Below are positions 8,211 through 19,077 of a stretch of DNA of 63,808 bases, piece by piece (the first letter of the stretch is position 1; every line of letters starts with the position of its first letter). The notes under the pieces are model-generated. The model did not search any database and was not told the DNA's origin. It worked only from the letters and a program-made list of their open reading frames with translations. The position numbers and the translations under genes are program-made. Source of the stretch: an uncultured Clostridia bacterium (GTDB taxonomy: Bacteria > Bacillota > Clostridia > TANB77 > CAG-508); contig CALXVH010000006.1 of the NCBI GenBank assembly GCA_944391965.1, forward strand, positions 1 to 63,808, read 5' to 3'.

Positions 8211-10769
8211 TTACTCTGTTCTTAAAGCCTCTACTGGGTCTTTTTTACTTGCCATCCTTGATGGAATTAATCCTGCAATTATAGTAAGAACCATGCTAAT
8301 TACAACTAAAATTATTGCTGCATTTACTGGCAATACAGCATTTACTGTATTCATCTGAGTTAATGAATGGATAATGCTATTAATAGGAATGTTAAGTAAT
8401 AATGTTACAACTATTCCTAAAATACCTGCAATTAATCCTACTATAAATGTTTCCGCATTAAATACTCTTGATATATCTTTTTTAGATGCACCTATTGCTC
8501 TTAAAATTCCAATTTCTTTTGTTCTCTCTAATACTGATATATATGTTATTATTCCTATCATTATTGAAGAAACAACTAATGAAATTGCAACAAATGCTAT
8601 TAATACATAACTTATTGTATCAACAATTTGAGTTACAGATTTCATTAATAAACCAACTGTATCTGTATAATTTACTTCATTTTCTTCTTTGCCATCTGCA
8701 ATTTGTTTATTATTATATTCTGTTATTGCATCTGTAATTCTATTCTTTGCTTCGAAATCTTTTGGATATATACTTATAGCTGATGGTTTTGCTAAATCTA
8801 CCACACCTAAAGTTTCTAAATTTGTTTCATATGATGCATTTTCATTTTGTTCATATGCTTCCATCATTAACTGTATTTGATTAGCATCTAACCTAGAAAG
8901 CATTGCTCTTTGTTCTTCTGTTAAAGAATTATAATCGAACTTTCCATCTTCACCTTTTTTTGGAAATTCCAATCCATTAAATACATTAATCTCTGGATTT
9001 TCTTTTTGCTCTTTTACTATCTCTTGTTCATTTATTTTATTAATAACATGTTCTTTTAAAGTTTTTAAATAACCTATTTCTCCAGCTGTTTGAGTAGATA
9101 TGCTTCCTTCTTTTTGTTTTATAATTCCTACTACTTTTATTTCTTCTGCATTATCTACTTTTTCCTTCATATATTCTTCATCATCACTTTTATCTATCCA
9201 CATATTATTTGCTTTTTCATAATAGTCTGTATTTAATAAAACTTTATAAGATAGATTTAGTAAATCATCATAGGTATATGAAGTTTGTTCATCCTCTTCT
9301 ATTTTTTCATCATTCTGTATTGCATCCATTTTTTCTTCTAATTCTTTTTGATCTTTTATTCCTAAAGTATATAATGTATAATCACTAATTTTATTATTTT
9401 CATCAACTATTAAAACAACTTCATTATAATTTTGTGGCCAATTACCTGCAACTACATCATATTGTGAATCATTTAATTCTTGATTATCTAATAATTCTGT
9501 AAAGCAATCTGTTCCCATTGCCATTCCTGTTTGTTGCATCCCTAATTTTTCCATAACAGTACTTGGATTTACTTGTACTACTCCATTTGAAGTATCTGTT
9601 TTATATAAATTCAAATTCAAATTATAATCATATTTTATAGCATTTGCATTATCAGATATTCCATTATTACCCTCATCTATATATTTTTTTAGTTCTTCTA
9701 AATTGTTTGTTTGCTTTTTGTCGGCTAATACTGTTAACATATCTGTCATAATATTATTAGAATATATCTTTCCATCTTCATGGACTTCTTCTCCTTCTGC
9801 CATTTCGCCCATCATTCTTTCCATCATACTAGTTAAATCTACTGTAGTCTCTTGAATTTGAATTGGATAACTTGATAAAGTATCTTCTTGAACTTTATTT
9901 ATATAGTTCTGAACACCTGTAGATAATGATAAGATTAATGCAATTCCTATAATACCTATACTTCCTGCAAAAGATGTTAGAATTGTTCTTCCTTTTTTAG
10001 TCATTAAATTGTTTAAACTTAAAGATATTGCTGTAAAAAAGCTCATTGCAGTCTTTCCTGTTTTTGGTTTTTTCTTTTCCTCCTTTTCACCATCAAAAGG
10101 ATTTGTATCATCTTGAACAACTCCATCTAATACACGGATTACTCTAGTAGAATATTTTTCTGCAAGTTCTGGATTATGTGTTACCATTATTATTAATTTA
10201 TCTTTTGAAATACTTTTTAATAATTCCATAATTTGAACACTTGTCTTTGTGTCTAGAGCTCCTGTTGGCTCATCTGCAAGTATTATATCCGGATCATTTA
10301 CCAATGCTCTTGCTATTGCAACTCTTTGCATTTGACCACCAGATAATTGATTTGGTCTTTTATGTATTTGTTCTTTTAATCCAACTTTTTCTAAAGCTTC
10401 TATAGCACGTTTTTTTCTTTCTTCTCTAGATACACCAGAAAGTGTTAATGCTAATTCTACGTTTGATAATACACTTTGGTGTGGAATCAAATTATAGTTT
10501 TGAAATACGAAACCAACAGAATAATTTCTATAAGCATCCCAATCTCTGTCCTTAAATTCTTTTGTTGATTTTCCATTTATAATTAAATCTCCTGATGTAT
10601 ACCTATCTAGTCCACCAATTATATTTAATAATGTTGTTTTTCCACATCCACTTGGACCTAATATAGATACAAATTCATTACTCCTAAATTCTAAATTTAT
10701 TCCTTTTAATGCTTTAACTACTTCATCCCCTGATTTATAATTTTTTGTAATATTCGCTAATTTAAGCAT
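8211..10769 (-). CDS. MacB-like fused ABC ATPase/permease (FtsX domain)
   Basis: Walker A GPSGCGKT, LSGGQ, DEPT; C-terminal SVLERTKEIGILRAIGA ... KKDPVEALRTE. Confidence 0.93.
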   Translation of the reverse strand: MLKLANITKNYKSGDEVVKALKGINLEFRSNEFVSILGPSGCGKTTLLNIIGGLDRYTSGDLIINGKSTKEFKDRDWDAYRNYSVGFVFQNYNLIPHQSVLSNVELALTLSGVSREERKKRAIEALEKVGLKEQIHKRPNQLSGGQMQRVAIARALVNDPDIILADEPTGALDTKTSVQIMELLKSISKDKLIIMVTHNPELAEKYSTRVIRVLDGVVQDDTNPFDGEKEEKKKPKTGKTAMSFFTAISLSLNNLMTKKGRTILTSFAGSIGIIGIALILSLSTGVQNYINKVQEDTLSSYPIQIQETTVDLTSMMERMMGEMAEGEEVHEDGKIYSNNIMTDMLTVLADKKQTNNLEELKKYIDEGNNGISDNANAIKYDYNLNLNLYKTDTSNGVVQVNPSTVMEKLGMQQTGMAMGTDCFTELLDNQELNDSQYDVVAGNWPQNYNEVVLIVDENNKISDYTLYTLGIKDQKELEEKMDAIQNDEKIEEDEQTSYTYDDLLNLSYKVLLNTDYYEKANNMWIDKSDDEEYMKEKVDNAEEIKVVGIIKQKEGSISTQTAGEIGYLKTLKEHVINKINEQEIVKEQKENPEINVFNGLEFPKKGEDGKFDYNSLTEEQRAMLSRLDANQIQLMMEAYEQNENASYETNLETLGVVDLAKPSAISIYPKDFEAKNRITDAITEYNNKQIADGKEENEVNYTDTVGLLMKSVTQIVDTISYVLIAFVAISLVVSSIMIGIITYISVLERTKEIGILRAIGASKKDISRVFNAETFIVGLIAGILGIVVTLLLNIPINSIIHSLTQMNTVNAVLPVNAAIILVVISMVLTIIAGLIPSRMASKKDPVEALRTE

Positions 10770-10778
10770 CTTTTCCTC

Positions 10779-11417
10779 CTATGCATTTGATTGAATTTTG
10801 TTAATGTCAAAGAAACTGTTAGTTATCATATTTCTTACATTAAATTTAATTTCTGATTCTTTTTGAACTATAAACATTCCCATATCGGTTCTTTCCTTAG
10901 ATACTCCATTTACCTTTTGTGAATCGTAATACAACATAATAGTATATATCTCATGTCCTTCTGTTCCATAATCTATATTACCATTATTCTGAAGTGCTCC
11001 TGGTGTTATACTATAAGTTCCTTTATAATAATTATTGTCTTTTGTATATTGTGATTGATACCAATAAAATGACTTATCCTTATTAAATTCAAAATATCCT
11101 ATATCTTCACTATCCCCTAACCAGTTTCCAATTATAGGATTATTTTTGATTTCTTCCTCTTCTGTAACTTGACTTGAATTACCTATTTTCTCATCTTCTT
11201 GTAAGGAAAAGATAAATTTTACCCCAACAATTGTAATAGATATGATTATTAGTATTATTCCAATTATAGACATATACGAAATTTTTGATTTATTAATTAA
11301 TAAACCTACTATTCCTAATACAAAACCAATTGCTCCAAATATAATAGTTAAAAGTGAATGTCCTGTTAAAACTAATACAACACTTACAATTCCCAAAATC
11401 AAACTAGCTATGCTCAT
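10779..11417 (-). CDS. Hypothetical membrane protein (N-terminal TMs plus extracellular beta domain)
   Basis: SIASLILGIVS TM segments followed by a NPIIGNW soluble domain; RBS present. Confidence 0.7.
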   Translation of the reverse strand: MSIASLILGIVSVVLVLTGHSLLTIIFGAIGFVLGIVGLLINKSKISYMSIIGIILIIISITIVGVKFIFSLQEDEKIGNSSQVTEEEEIKNNPIIGNWLGDSEDIGYFEFNKDKSFYWYQSQYTKDNNYYKGTYSITPGALQNNGNIDYGTEGHEIYTIMLYYDSQKVNGVSKERTDMGMFIVQKESEIKFNVRNMITNSFFDINKIQSNA

Positions 11418-11496
11418 AAATATATCCCCCTTTATTTATATTAATATATAATATAAATAAAAAAAATACTTGTCAATTATTTTGGCATATATTATT

Positions 11497-11543
11497 TTCT
11501 CCCCATACTTGTATTATTTTTAATACTTTAAGTATGGGGAGAA
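11497..11543 (-). terminator. Terminator-like hairpin
   Basis: ttctccccatactt ... aagtatggggagaa. Confidence 0.65.
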
Positions 11544-11553
11544 TTCGGAAAGC

Positions 11554-11913
11554 TTAGCGTTCATTGAACCACCTTTTCGGAGTTCTATGAATATGAAAAT
11601 ACGTTGTCACCGAAGCGATCTCTTTTTGCTCTGTTTCTTCGGAATTTAATTCCGATTTTATTTCATAGTTTAAAAAAGTCTTTTCACAAACAATTAATCC
11701 TTCTTTTCTGCAACATTTCTTGAATTTTTGTATTTCTTCATCTGTTGATAAGGAATCTTTTTCCAACAACGTTGCTAACAACAATGATAAATCATTTGTT
11801 TTTTCTTCTGGGATATACCCGGTTGTTACCAGCCGAAAGCCATATTTTGTTGTACAATCTGACATTTCTACTTTTTTAACCTTTTTATCCCCTACAACCA
11901 TTCTACAATTCAT
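11554..11913 (-). CDS. Hypothetical protein, paralog of 13371-13691
   Basis: RBS aggag; shares TGYIPEE and a C-terminal F...RT...W..E motif with the ORF on the other side of eno. Confidence 0.7.
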   Translation of the reverse strand: MNCRMVVGDKKVKKVEMSDCTTKYGFRLVTTGYIPEEKTNDLSLLLATLLEKDSLSTDEEIQKFKKCCRKEGLIVCEKTFLNYEIKSELNSEETEQKEIASVTTYFHIHRTPKRWFNER

Positions 11914-11993
11914 ACTTTACTCCTTCCTTAATTGAAACAACTTGTGTCTTATATAGAATATCATAATTTACATTTTTTAGCAATTCAAATTAC

Positions 11994-13259
11994 CTATTTT
12001 AACTCATTTTCTATATTTAATAATCTATTATATTTAGCAACTCTATCTGTTCTGCATGGTGCTCCTGTTTTTATTTGTCCAGCATTCACTGCTACTGCAA
12101 TGTCTGCTATAGTTGTATCTTCTGTTTCGCCTGATCTATGAGATATTACAGTTGTATAGCCTGCTTTTTGCGCCATTTCTATTGCATCTAAAGTTTCTGT
12201 TAATGTTCCTATTTGATTTGGTTTTATTAATATGCTATTGGCTACTTTATTTTTTATTCCTTTTCTTAATCTATCTGTATTTGTAACAAATAAATCATCA
12301 CCAACTAATTGAATTTTACTACCTAATTTTTGAGTAAGTTTTTTCCATGAATTCCAATCTTCTTCTGCTAAGCCATCTTCTATTGAAACTATTGGATATT
12401 TTTGTACCAACTCTTCTAAATAATCTATCATTTCATCACTAGTTTTAAATGTTCCTGTCTTCCAAAATAGATATCCATTTTTACCTACTTTTTTTGCCTC
12501 ATCATACATTTCTGTACTTGCAACATCTAATGCTATTGAAATATCTTTTCCTGGAATATATCCTGCTTTTTTTATTGCTTCTTCAATTACATCTAATGCT
12601 TCTTCTTCACTTTGTAAGTTTGGAGCAAATCCTCCTTCATCTCCTACAGCAACAGAATATCCTTTTGATTTTAGGACTTTTTTTAGATTATGGTATGTTT
12701 CAACTCCCATTTGTAAGTTTTCTGCAAAATCTTTTCCTGAAGTTGGCATTATCATAAATTCTTGTGAACTAATATTATTATCAGAGTGTTTTCCACCATT
12801 TAATATATTCATCATTGGAGTTGGCAATTTTTTTGCATTTATTCCTCCGATGTAATTATATAGTGTCATTCCTAATGAATTCGCTGCTGCTTTCGCTACT
12901 GCAAGTGATACTCCTAAAGTTGCATTTGCACCTAATTTTTCTTTATTATCTGTACCATCAATATCAATCAATTTTTGATCTATTTTTAACTGATCATATA
13001 CATTCATACCCGTTATTTTTTTTGCAATCATTCTATTTACATTCTCTACTGCTTTTTTTACTCCTTTTCCCATATAACGTTCTTCATCATTATCTCTTAA
13101 TTCTACTGCTTCAAAACTTCCTGTAGATGCTCCTGATGGTACTTTTGCCACACCACAAAATCCTCCATCTGTTATAACTTCAACCTGAACAGTTGGATTT
13201 CCTCTTGAATCTAGCACTTCTAGTGCTTCTAAACTTTCTATTTTCAAATAATCTTTCAT
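11994..13259 (-). CDS. eno: Enolase
   Basis: [33 protein letters not shown] motifs. Confidence 0.98.
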   Translation of the reverse strand: MKDYLKIESLEALEVLDSRGNPTVQVEVITDGGFCGVAKVPSGASTGSFEAVELRDNDEERYMGKGVKKAVENVNRMIAKKITGMNVYDQLKIDQKLIDIDGTDNKEKLGANATLGVSLAVAKAAANSLGMTLYNYIGGINAKKLPTPMMNILNGGKHSDNNISSQEFMIMPTSGKDFAENLQMGVETYHNLKKVLKSKGYSVAVGDEGGFAPNLQSEEEALDVIEEAIKKAGYIPGKDISIALDVASTEMYDEAKKVGKNGYLFWKTGTFKTSDEMIDYLEELVQKYPIVSIEDGLAEEDWNSWKKLTQKLGSKIQLVGDDLFVTNTDRLRKGIKNKVANSILIKPNQIGTLTETLDAIEMAQKAGYTTVISHRSGETEDTTIADIAVAVNAGQIKTGAPCRTDRVAKYNRLLNIENELK

Positions 13260-13278
13260 AACATACCTCCATTTATAT

Positions 13279-13308
13279 TATTATTGCCAATTATTTGAAA
13301 ATATATCC
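13279..13308 (-). promoter_or_regulatory. Possible sigma-F/G-type promoter for eno
   Basis: Minus strand GGATA-N15-GGCAATAATA, just upstream of the eno RBS. Confidence 0.35.
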
Positions 13309-13370
13309 AATTAATTAAGAAAAGAGCCGAATGCGTTTTAAATTTTCCGCATTCAGCCCTATTTTGCAAC

Positions 13371-13691
13371 TTAAATAGTTTCTTTGAGCCATTTTATAAA
13401 AGTTCTTCTCATCTGAAATATTATTGTTACTTTCCTATCTAGTCCAAATTCTCCTACGGGATAACTTTCAAAATTAATATGGAAATTTATTACCAGTCCA
13501 TTTGATCTTTTATGGTATCTTATAAATCCCATTATTTCTTCATAGATTTCCTCAATTAATAAATGGTCTTTTTGTATAAAATTTTCTGCCATATTCTCGA
13601 AGTCTTCTTTAAGTTCTTCCGGAATATATCCAGTTACTTGTAGGATATATTCATCCTTCGCATTTGACCGCTTAACTATAAACTCTGTCAT
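13371..13691 (-). CDS. Hypothetical protein, paralog of 11554-11913
   Basis: Likely start MTEFIV; TGYIPEE motif and shared C-terminal motif. Confidence 0.65.
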   Translation of the reverse strand: MTEFIVKRSNAKDEYILQVTGYIPEELKEDFENMAENFIQKDHLLIEEIYEEIMGFIRYHKRSNGLVINFHINFESYPVGEFGLDRKVTIIFQMRRTFIKWLKETI

Positions 13692-13860
13692 CTTTTTCTT
13701 CCTCGCTTTCAACTGTTTTTTCGATTATTATATTATACACCATTTTCTATTTTTTTGCATTATTTTTTACAGATTAATAAAAAGTCCCCTACTCGTTAAT
13801 TTTGTTTAACAAGTAGGGGAAATATTTTATTTTTTATTAAATGTTGTTCTAAATCATAGA

Positions 13861-14865
13861 TTAAGCCTTCATAGCTTCTTCTACTGCAACTGCTACTGCA
13901 ACTGAAGCACCAACCATTGGGTTGTTACCCATTCCGATTAATCCCATCATTTCAACGTGAGCTGGAACTGAAGAGCTTCCTGCGAATTGTGCATCTGAAT
14001 GCATTCTTCCCATTGTATCTGTCATACCATATGAAGCTGGTCCAGCAGCCATATTGTCTGGGTGTAATGTTCTTCCTGTTCCACCACCTGATGCAACAGA
14101 GAAGTATTTTTTACCTGCTTCTATTCTTTCTTTCTTATATGTACCTGCAACTGGATGTTGGAATCTTGTTGGGTTTGTTGAGTTTCCTGTAATAGATACA
14201 TCAACATCTTCTAGCCACATTATAGCTACACCTTCTCTAACATCATTTGCACCATAACATCTAACTTCTGCTCTTTCTCCGTTTGAATATGGTATTTCTT
14301 CTACTACATTAACTTTTCCTGTGAAGAAATCAAATTCTGTTTTTACATATGTAAATCCATTAATTCTTGAAATAACTTGAGCAGCATCTTTTCCCAAACC
14401 ATTTAAGATAACTCTTAATGGTTCTTTTCTTACTTTGTTTGCAGATTTAGCTATACCAATAGCTCCTTCTGCTGCTGCAAAGCTTTCATGTCCTGCTAAG
14501 AATGCAAAACATTTTGTATCTTCAGAAAGTAACATAGATGCTAAGTTTCCATGTCCTAATCCAACCTTTCTATCATCTGCAACTGAACCAGGAATACAGA
14601 AAGCTTGTAATCCTTCTCCAATAGCTTTTGCTGCATCTGCTGCTTTAGTACATCCTTTTTTAATTGCTATTGCAGCACCTAATGTATATGCCCAAGCTGC
14701 ATTTTCGAAACATATTGGTTGTACTCCTTTTACTATTTCATATGGATTAAATCCTTTATCTGTACATATTTTTAATGCATCTTCAAAATCTTTTATTCCG
14801 TATTTTTCCATTACTGGTTTGATTTGGTCTATTCTTCTTTCATAACTTTCAAATGTTACTGCCAT
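13861..14865 (-). CDS. GGGtGRT family protein
   Basis: Contains the eponymous SGGGTGRTLHPDN motif. Confidence 0.93.
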   Translation of the reverse strand: MAVTFESYERRIDQIKPVMEKYGIKDFEDALKICTDKGFNPYEIVKGVQPICFENAAWAYTLGAAIAIKKGCTKAADAAKAIGEGLQAFCIPGSVADDRKVGLGHGNLASMLLSEDTKCFAFLAGHESFAAAEGAIGIAKSANKVRKEPLRVILNGLGKDAAQVISRINGFTYVKTEFDFFTGKVNVVEEIPYSNGERAEVRCYGANDVREGVAIMWLEDVDVSITGNSTNPTRFQHPVAGTYKKERIEAGKKYFSVASGGGTGRTLHPDNMAAGPASYGMTDTMGRMHSDAQFAGSSSVPAHVEMMGLIGMGNNPMVGASVAVAVAVEEAMKA

Positions 14866-15282
14866 TTAATCTTCCTCCTTTAATATATTCTCCAAATTGT
14901 TTATTATTTCATTTATATCTGTATATGGAATAATTTTTAATCTATTATTACCTCTAAGCATTGTTGTAATTTTTGGTGTTATGGTTTTATCATAAACACA
15001 TATTATTCTTTTATTGTGGCTATCTGCATAACCAAGTTCATATCCAACTCCTAATGATGGAACAGTTACCTCTGCAAAAACTAAATCTGCTTGACTTAAT
15101 CTATTTACTAAACTTTCGAAAACATCGTTATCTGAAATGCTCTCTTCACGAATTAATACATTATCATCCGCTACTTCTTCATCTAAGACATTGCCAAACT
15201 TTGTTAGCTCTTTTACTAACTTTTTATATGATTCTAATTTTTGTCTTCCACCATATATTGAACCAGAAAAATAAATATTCAT
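14866..15282 (-). CDS. Nucleoside 2-deoxyribosyltransferase family / DNPH1(Rcl)-like N-hydrolase
   Basis: IYFSGSIYGGR and AEVTVPSLGVGYELGYA motifs. Confidence 0.82.
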   Translation of the reverse strand: MNIYFSGSIYGGRQKLESYKKLVKELTKFGNVLDEEVADDNVLIREESISDNDVFESLVNRLSQADLVFAEVTVPSLGVGYELGYADSHNKRIICVYDKTITPKITTMLRGNNRLKIIPYTDINEIINNLENILKEED

Positions 15283-15296
15283 ACTTTACCTTCTTA

Positions 15297-15989
15297 TTAT
15301 TGTTTTCTTGGATCTATTTTCTTAACAGCTTCGTCAAATCTTCCATATGTTCCTGAAGCTTTTTCGATAGCTTCCATTGGATCCATTCCTTTTTTGATGT
15401 TATCCATCATTTTTCCCATATGAACATATTTATAACCAATTATTTGATCATCTTTATCTAATCCAAGTTCTACTATGTATCCTTCTGTTAATTGTAAATA
15501 TCTTGGTCCTTTTAATGTACTTGAATAAATTGTTCCAACTTGAGATGTATGTCCTTTTCCTAAATCTTCAAGTCCAGCTCCTACTGGAAGTCCACCTTCT
15601 GAGAAAGCTGTTTGTGTTCTTCCATATACTATTTGTAAGAATAATTCTCTCATAGCTGTATTTATGGCATCACATACTAAGTCTGTATTTAATGCTTCTA
15701 ATATTGTTTTTCCTGTTAAAATTTCTCCTGCCATAGCAGCTGAATGTGTCATTCCTGAACATCCAATTGTTTCAATTAAAGCTTCTTGAATTACACCATC
15801 TTTTACATTTAATGTTAATTTACAAGCTCCTTGTTGTGGTGCACACCATCCAATACCATGTGTTAAACCAGATATATCTTTTATTTCTTTTGCTTTAACC
15901 CATTTACCTTCTTCTGGTATTGGTGCTGGTCCATGGTTTACTCCTTTTGCAACTGTGCACATTTCTTCTAATTCCTTTGAATATATCAT
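15297..15989 (-). CDS. IscU/NifU-like Fe-S scaffold family protein (usual GGGtGRT partner)
   Basis: Cys motifs GWCAPQQGACKLTL, IGCSGMTHSA, DLVCDA; start MIYSKE after RBS. Confidence 0.85.
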   Translation of the reverse strand: MIYSKELEEMCTVAKGVNHGPAPIPEEGKWVKAKEIKDISGLTHGIGWCAPQQGACKLTLNVKDGVIQEALIETIGCSGMTHSAAMAGEILTGKTILEALNTDLVCDAINTAMRELFLQIVYGRTQTAFSEGGLPVGAGLEDLGKGHTSQVGTIYSSTLKGPRYLQLTEGYIVELGLDKDDQIIGYKYVHMGKMMDNIKKGMDPMEAIEKASGTYGRFDEAVKKIDPRKQ

Positions 15990-16013
15990 TTCTATTTCTC
16001 CTTTCACATTTTA

Positions 16014-16763
16014 TTAGTATCTTTTTTTGGTATTTATAATTTGATTTTTACTTTTTGGTTTACTTTCTACAATTATATATTTTTTGTCATGTGGCCAAAA
16101 CTCGCTTTCCTTTTCTAGTTCGTAAAGCTCTTCCATTCTTTCTTCTTTTCTAGATTTTGTTGGCGCATCTTTTTCGAAATTTACTAAATTCTTATTTGGT
16201 GTTGCATATAAAGATTCTTCATACACATCTACCTTTCTATTAGAATTTTCTTCTTTATCTATATAATCTAAAACCATTTGTTTTTCTCTTTTACTGTATG
16301 CATTTAATCCTGTTTTTAGGTATTTATATCTAAAAACTAAATGTCTATCATAATTACTATATGGGGAAGTTGCCAAGTTTTCAAAGCCATATTCTACTTT
16401 AAAAGTATAATCAGCTATCGAAATTACAATATTGGTCCATAAAGCTCCATTTATTGCTATATATTCTTTTCTTAACTTTTTAATAATTCCATACAAATCG
16501 TCAGCCATTTTAAAGTATGAATTTTCTTCTAAGTTAAACTTATTTGGTACTTCATATACATTAACAGGCTCTCTTTTTAATATTCCTTTTGGAATATAAT
16601 AAAAGTACATTTCTCCAGTTTCTAAGCTATTTCTTCCATCTATTACTGATGCATATAAAAATATCTTATTCCATTTTTCTGGTATCATGTCAAATAGACT
16701 ATGTTGTATTTCTTTATATAGTTCTTTCATCCTGGCCGAAGTTGACACTGTATTTCCCCCCAT
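16014..16763 (-). CDS. YezG/DUF600-like immunity family protein with C-terminal extension
   Basis: LYKEIQ..L.DMIPEKWNKIFLYASV ... EMYFYY ... LWTNIVI ... FKVEYG pattern; exact start uncertain. Confidence 0.7.
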   Translation of the reverse strand: MGGNTVSTSARMKELYKEIQHSLFDMIPEKWNKIFLYASVIDGRNSLETGEMYFYYIPKGILKREPVNVYEVPNKFNLEENSYFKMADDLYGIIKKLRKEYIAINGALWTNIVISIADYTFKVEYGFENLATSPYSNYDRHLVFRYKYLKTGLNAYSKREKQMVLDYIDKEENSNRKVDVYEESLYATPNKNLVNFEKDAPTKSRKEERMEELYELEKESEFWPHDKKYIIVESKPKSKNQIINTKKRY

Positions 16764-16776
16764 AAGTTTTCATATT

Positions 16777-18309
16777 TTATTCTTTTACAATTAAACTTTC
16801 TCCAGTCATTTCAGCTGGCTTCTCTAGTCCCATAATTTCCAACATTGTTGGTGCTAAATCTGCAAGCTTTCCTTCTTTTAATTTTACGTCTTTCATTCCA
16901 ACTAAAACTAATGGAACTAAATTTGTTGTATGAGCAGTATGTGGCTCACCAGTTTTATAATCTATCATTTGTTCTGCATTACCATGGTCTGCAGTAATTA
17001 TTAATACTCCATTTTGTGCTTCTACCGCATCAACTACTCTTTTTACACAAGTATCTATTGTTTCTATTGCTTTTATAGCAGCATCTAGATTTCCTGTATG
17101 TCCTACCATATCTGGATTTGCATAATTTAAAATGATTGTATCATATTTTTTAGAGTTTATCGCATCAACAACTTTATCTGTAACTTCTATTGCACTCATT
17201 TCTGGTTTCATATCATATGTTTCTACTTTTGGTGAAGGAACTAATATTCTATCTTCTCCTGGATATTGTTTTTCTTCTCCACCATTAAAGAAAAATGTAA
17301 CATGTGCATATTTTTCTGTTTCTGCAATTCTTAATTGATTTAAACCTTGTTTGCTTACATATTCTCCAAATGTATTTACTAATCTTTCTGGTTTAAATGC
17401 AACTTTTACATTTGGCATTGTTTCATCATATTGTGTAAAGCAAACATAATCTAAATTCATTTTCTTTGTTTCAAATTCATTAAAATCTGGGTCTACTAAT
17501 GTTCTTGTTATTTCTCTTGCTCTATCTGGTCTAAAGTTAAAGAATATAACAGAATCATTATCTTCTATTGTTGCAACAGGTGTATCTCCATTGCAAATAA
17601 CTGTTGGTTCTATAAATTCATCAAAAACTTCTTTTTGATATGAACTTTCTACTGCTGCTATTGCACTTGTTGCTTTTATACCATTTCCATTTACCATTGC
17701 ATCATATGCTTTTTGAATTCTGTTCCATCTTTTATCTCTATCCATCGCATAGAATCTACCAGAAATAGTAGCAATTTTTCCTACACCTTTTTCTTTCATT
17801 TTTTCTTCTAATTGTGCAATATAGCTTTCTCCAGAAGTTGGTGCTGTATCCCTACCATCTGTAAAGCAGTGTACATACACATTTTCGAAGTCTTTTCTTT
17901 TTGCTAATTCTAAAATTGCAAATAAATGACGAATATGGCTATGAACTCCTCCATCTGATACAAGTCCTAATATATGCAATTTTGAATTGTTTTTCTTACA
18001 ATTTTCTATTGCTTCTACTAGTTCTGGTATTGTGAAAAAGTCACCATCTTCTATTGATTTAGTAATTTTAGTTAATTCTTGATAAACTATTCTACCAGCA
18101 CCTATGTTTGTGTGACCTACTTCAGAATTTCCCATTTGTCCTTCTGGAAGTCCTACACTTAGTTCACTTGCATGAATATCTGTTGTTGGCCATATTTTCA
18201 TTAGTCTATCTATATTAGGTGTATTTGCAAGTTCAACAGCATTTCCGTCTTTATTACTGTTTTCGCCAAATCCATCTAATATCATTAGCATTGTTAGCTT
18301 ATCTTTCAT
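16777..18309 (-). CDS. gpmI: 2,3-bisphosphoglycerate-independent phosphoglycerate mutase
   Basis: ILDGFG, GNSEVGH, DGRD, TADHGN motifs. Confidence 0.98.
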   Translation of the reverse strand: MKDKLTMLMILDGFGENSNKDGNAVELANTPNIDRLMKIWPTTDIHASELSVGLPEGQMGNSEVGHTNIGAGRIVYQELTKITKSIEDGDFFTIPELVEAIENCKKNNSKLHILGLVSDGGVHSHIRHLFAILELAKRKDFENVYVHCFTDGRDTAPTSGESYIAQLEEKMKEKGVGKIATISGRFYAMDRDKRWNRIQKAYDAMVNGNGIKATSAIAAVESSYQKEVFDEFIEPTVICNGDTPVATIEDNDSVIFFNFRPDRAREITRTLVDPDFNEFETKKMNLDYVCFTQYDETMPNVKVAFKPERLVNTFGEYVSKQGLNQLRIAETEKYAHVTFFFNGGEEKQYPGEDRILVPSPKVETYDMKPEMSAIEVTDKVVDAINSKKYDTIILNYANPDMVGHTGNLDAAIKAIETIDTCVKRVVDAVEAQNGVLIITADHGNAEQMIDYKTGEPHTAHTTNLVPLVLVGMKDVKLKEGKLADLAPTMLEIMGLEKPAEMTGESLIVKE

Positions 18310-18324
18310 ACTTTGTTACCATCC

Positions 18325-19077
18325 TTACTTATCAAAATTTACTATTTTAGCGAATTCGTCAGCTTTTAAACTTGCTCCACCAACTAATCCACCATCAATG
18401 TCTGATGTTGTAAATAGTTCTTTTGCATTTCCTGACTTAACGCTTCCGCCATATTGTATTATAACCCTATCTGCTACTTCTTGTCCATAATTTTTTGCTA
18501 TCTCTTTTCTAATTTCTTTTATAGAGTTGTTAGCATCTTCTGATGTTGCTGTTTTTCCTGTTCCTATAGCCCAAATTGGTTCGTATGCTATTATTGTTCC
18601 TTCTACTTGTTCTTTAGAAAGTCCGTCTAATGCTAATCTTGTTTGTGTTGTTATTACATTAGTTGTTTCTCCAGCTTCTTTTTGTTCTAAAGTTTCTCCA
18701 ACACATACTATTGGTTTTAATCCATATTTATGTGCTGCTTTTACTTTTTTATTTACAGTTTCATCTGTTTCTGCAAAATATTGTCTTCTTTCTGAATGTC
18801 CTATAATAACATATTCTACACCAATAGATTTAAGCATTGGTCCAGAAACTTCACCTGTATATGCTCCTTTTTCTTCAAAGTGCATATTTTGTGCTCCTAT
18901 TTTTATATTTGTATTTTGTGCAGTTAATAGTGCATAAAATAAATCTGTATATGGAACACATAAGATAACTTCATTTTCTGTGTCTTTTACTAGTTTTGCT
19001 AATTCGTCTACACATGATATTGCTTCATTTGGAAGCATATTCATTTTCCAGTTACCAGCAATTACTTTTCTACGCAT
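18325..19077 (-). CDS. tpiA: Triosephosphate isomerase
   Basis: AGNWKMN, GHSERR, AYEPIWAIGTG, VGGASL. Confidence 0.98.
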   Translation of the reverse strand: MRRKVIAGNWKMNMLPNEAISCVDELAKLVKDTENEVILCVPYTDLFYALLTAQNTNIKIGAQNMHFEEKGAYTGEVSGPMLKSIGVEYVIIGHSERRQYFAETDETVNKKVKAAHKYGLKPIVCVGETLEQKEAGETTNVITTQTRLALDGLSKEQVEGTIIAYEPIWAIGTGKTATSEDANNSIKEIRKEIAKNYGQEVADRVIIQYGGSVKSGNAKELFTTSDIDGGLVGGASLKADEFAKIVNFDK

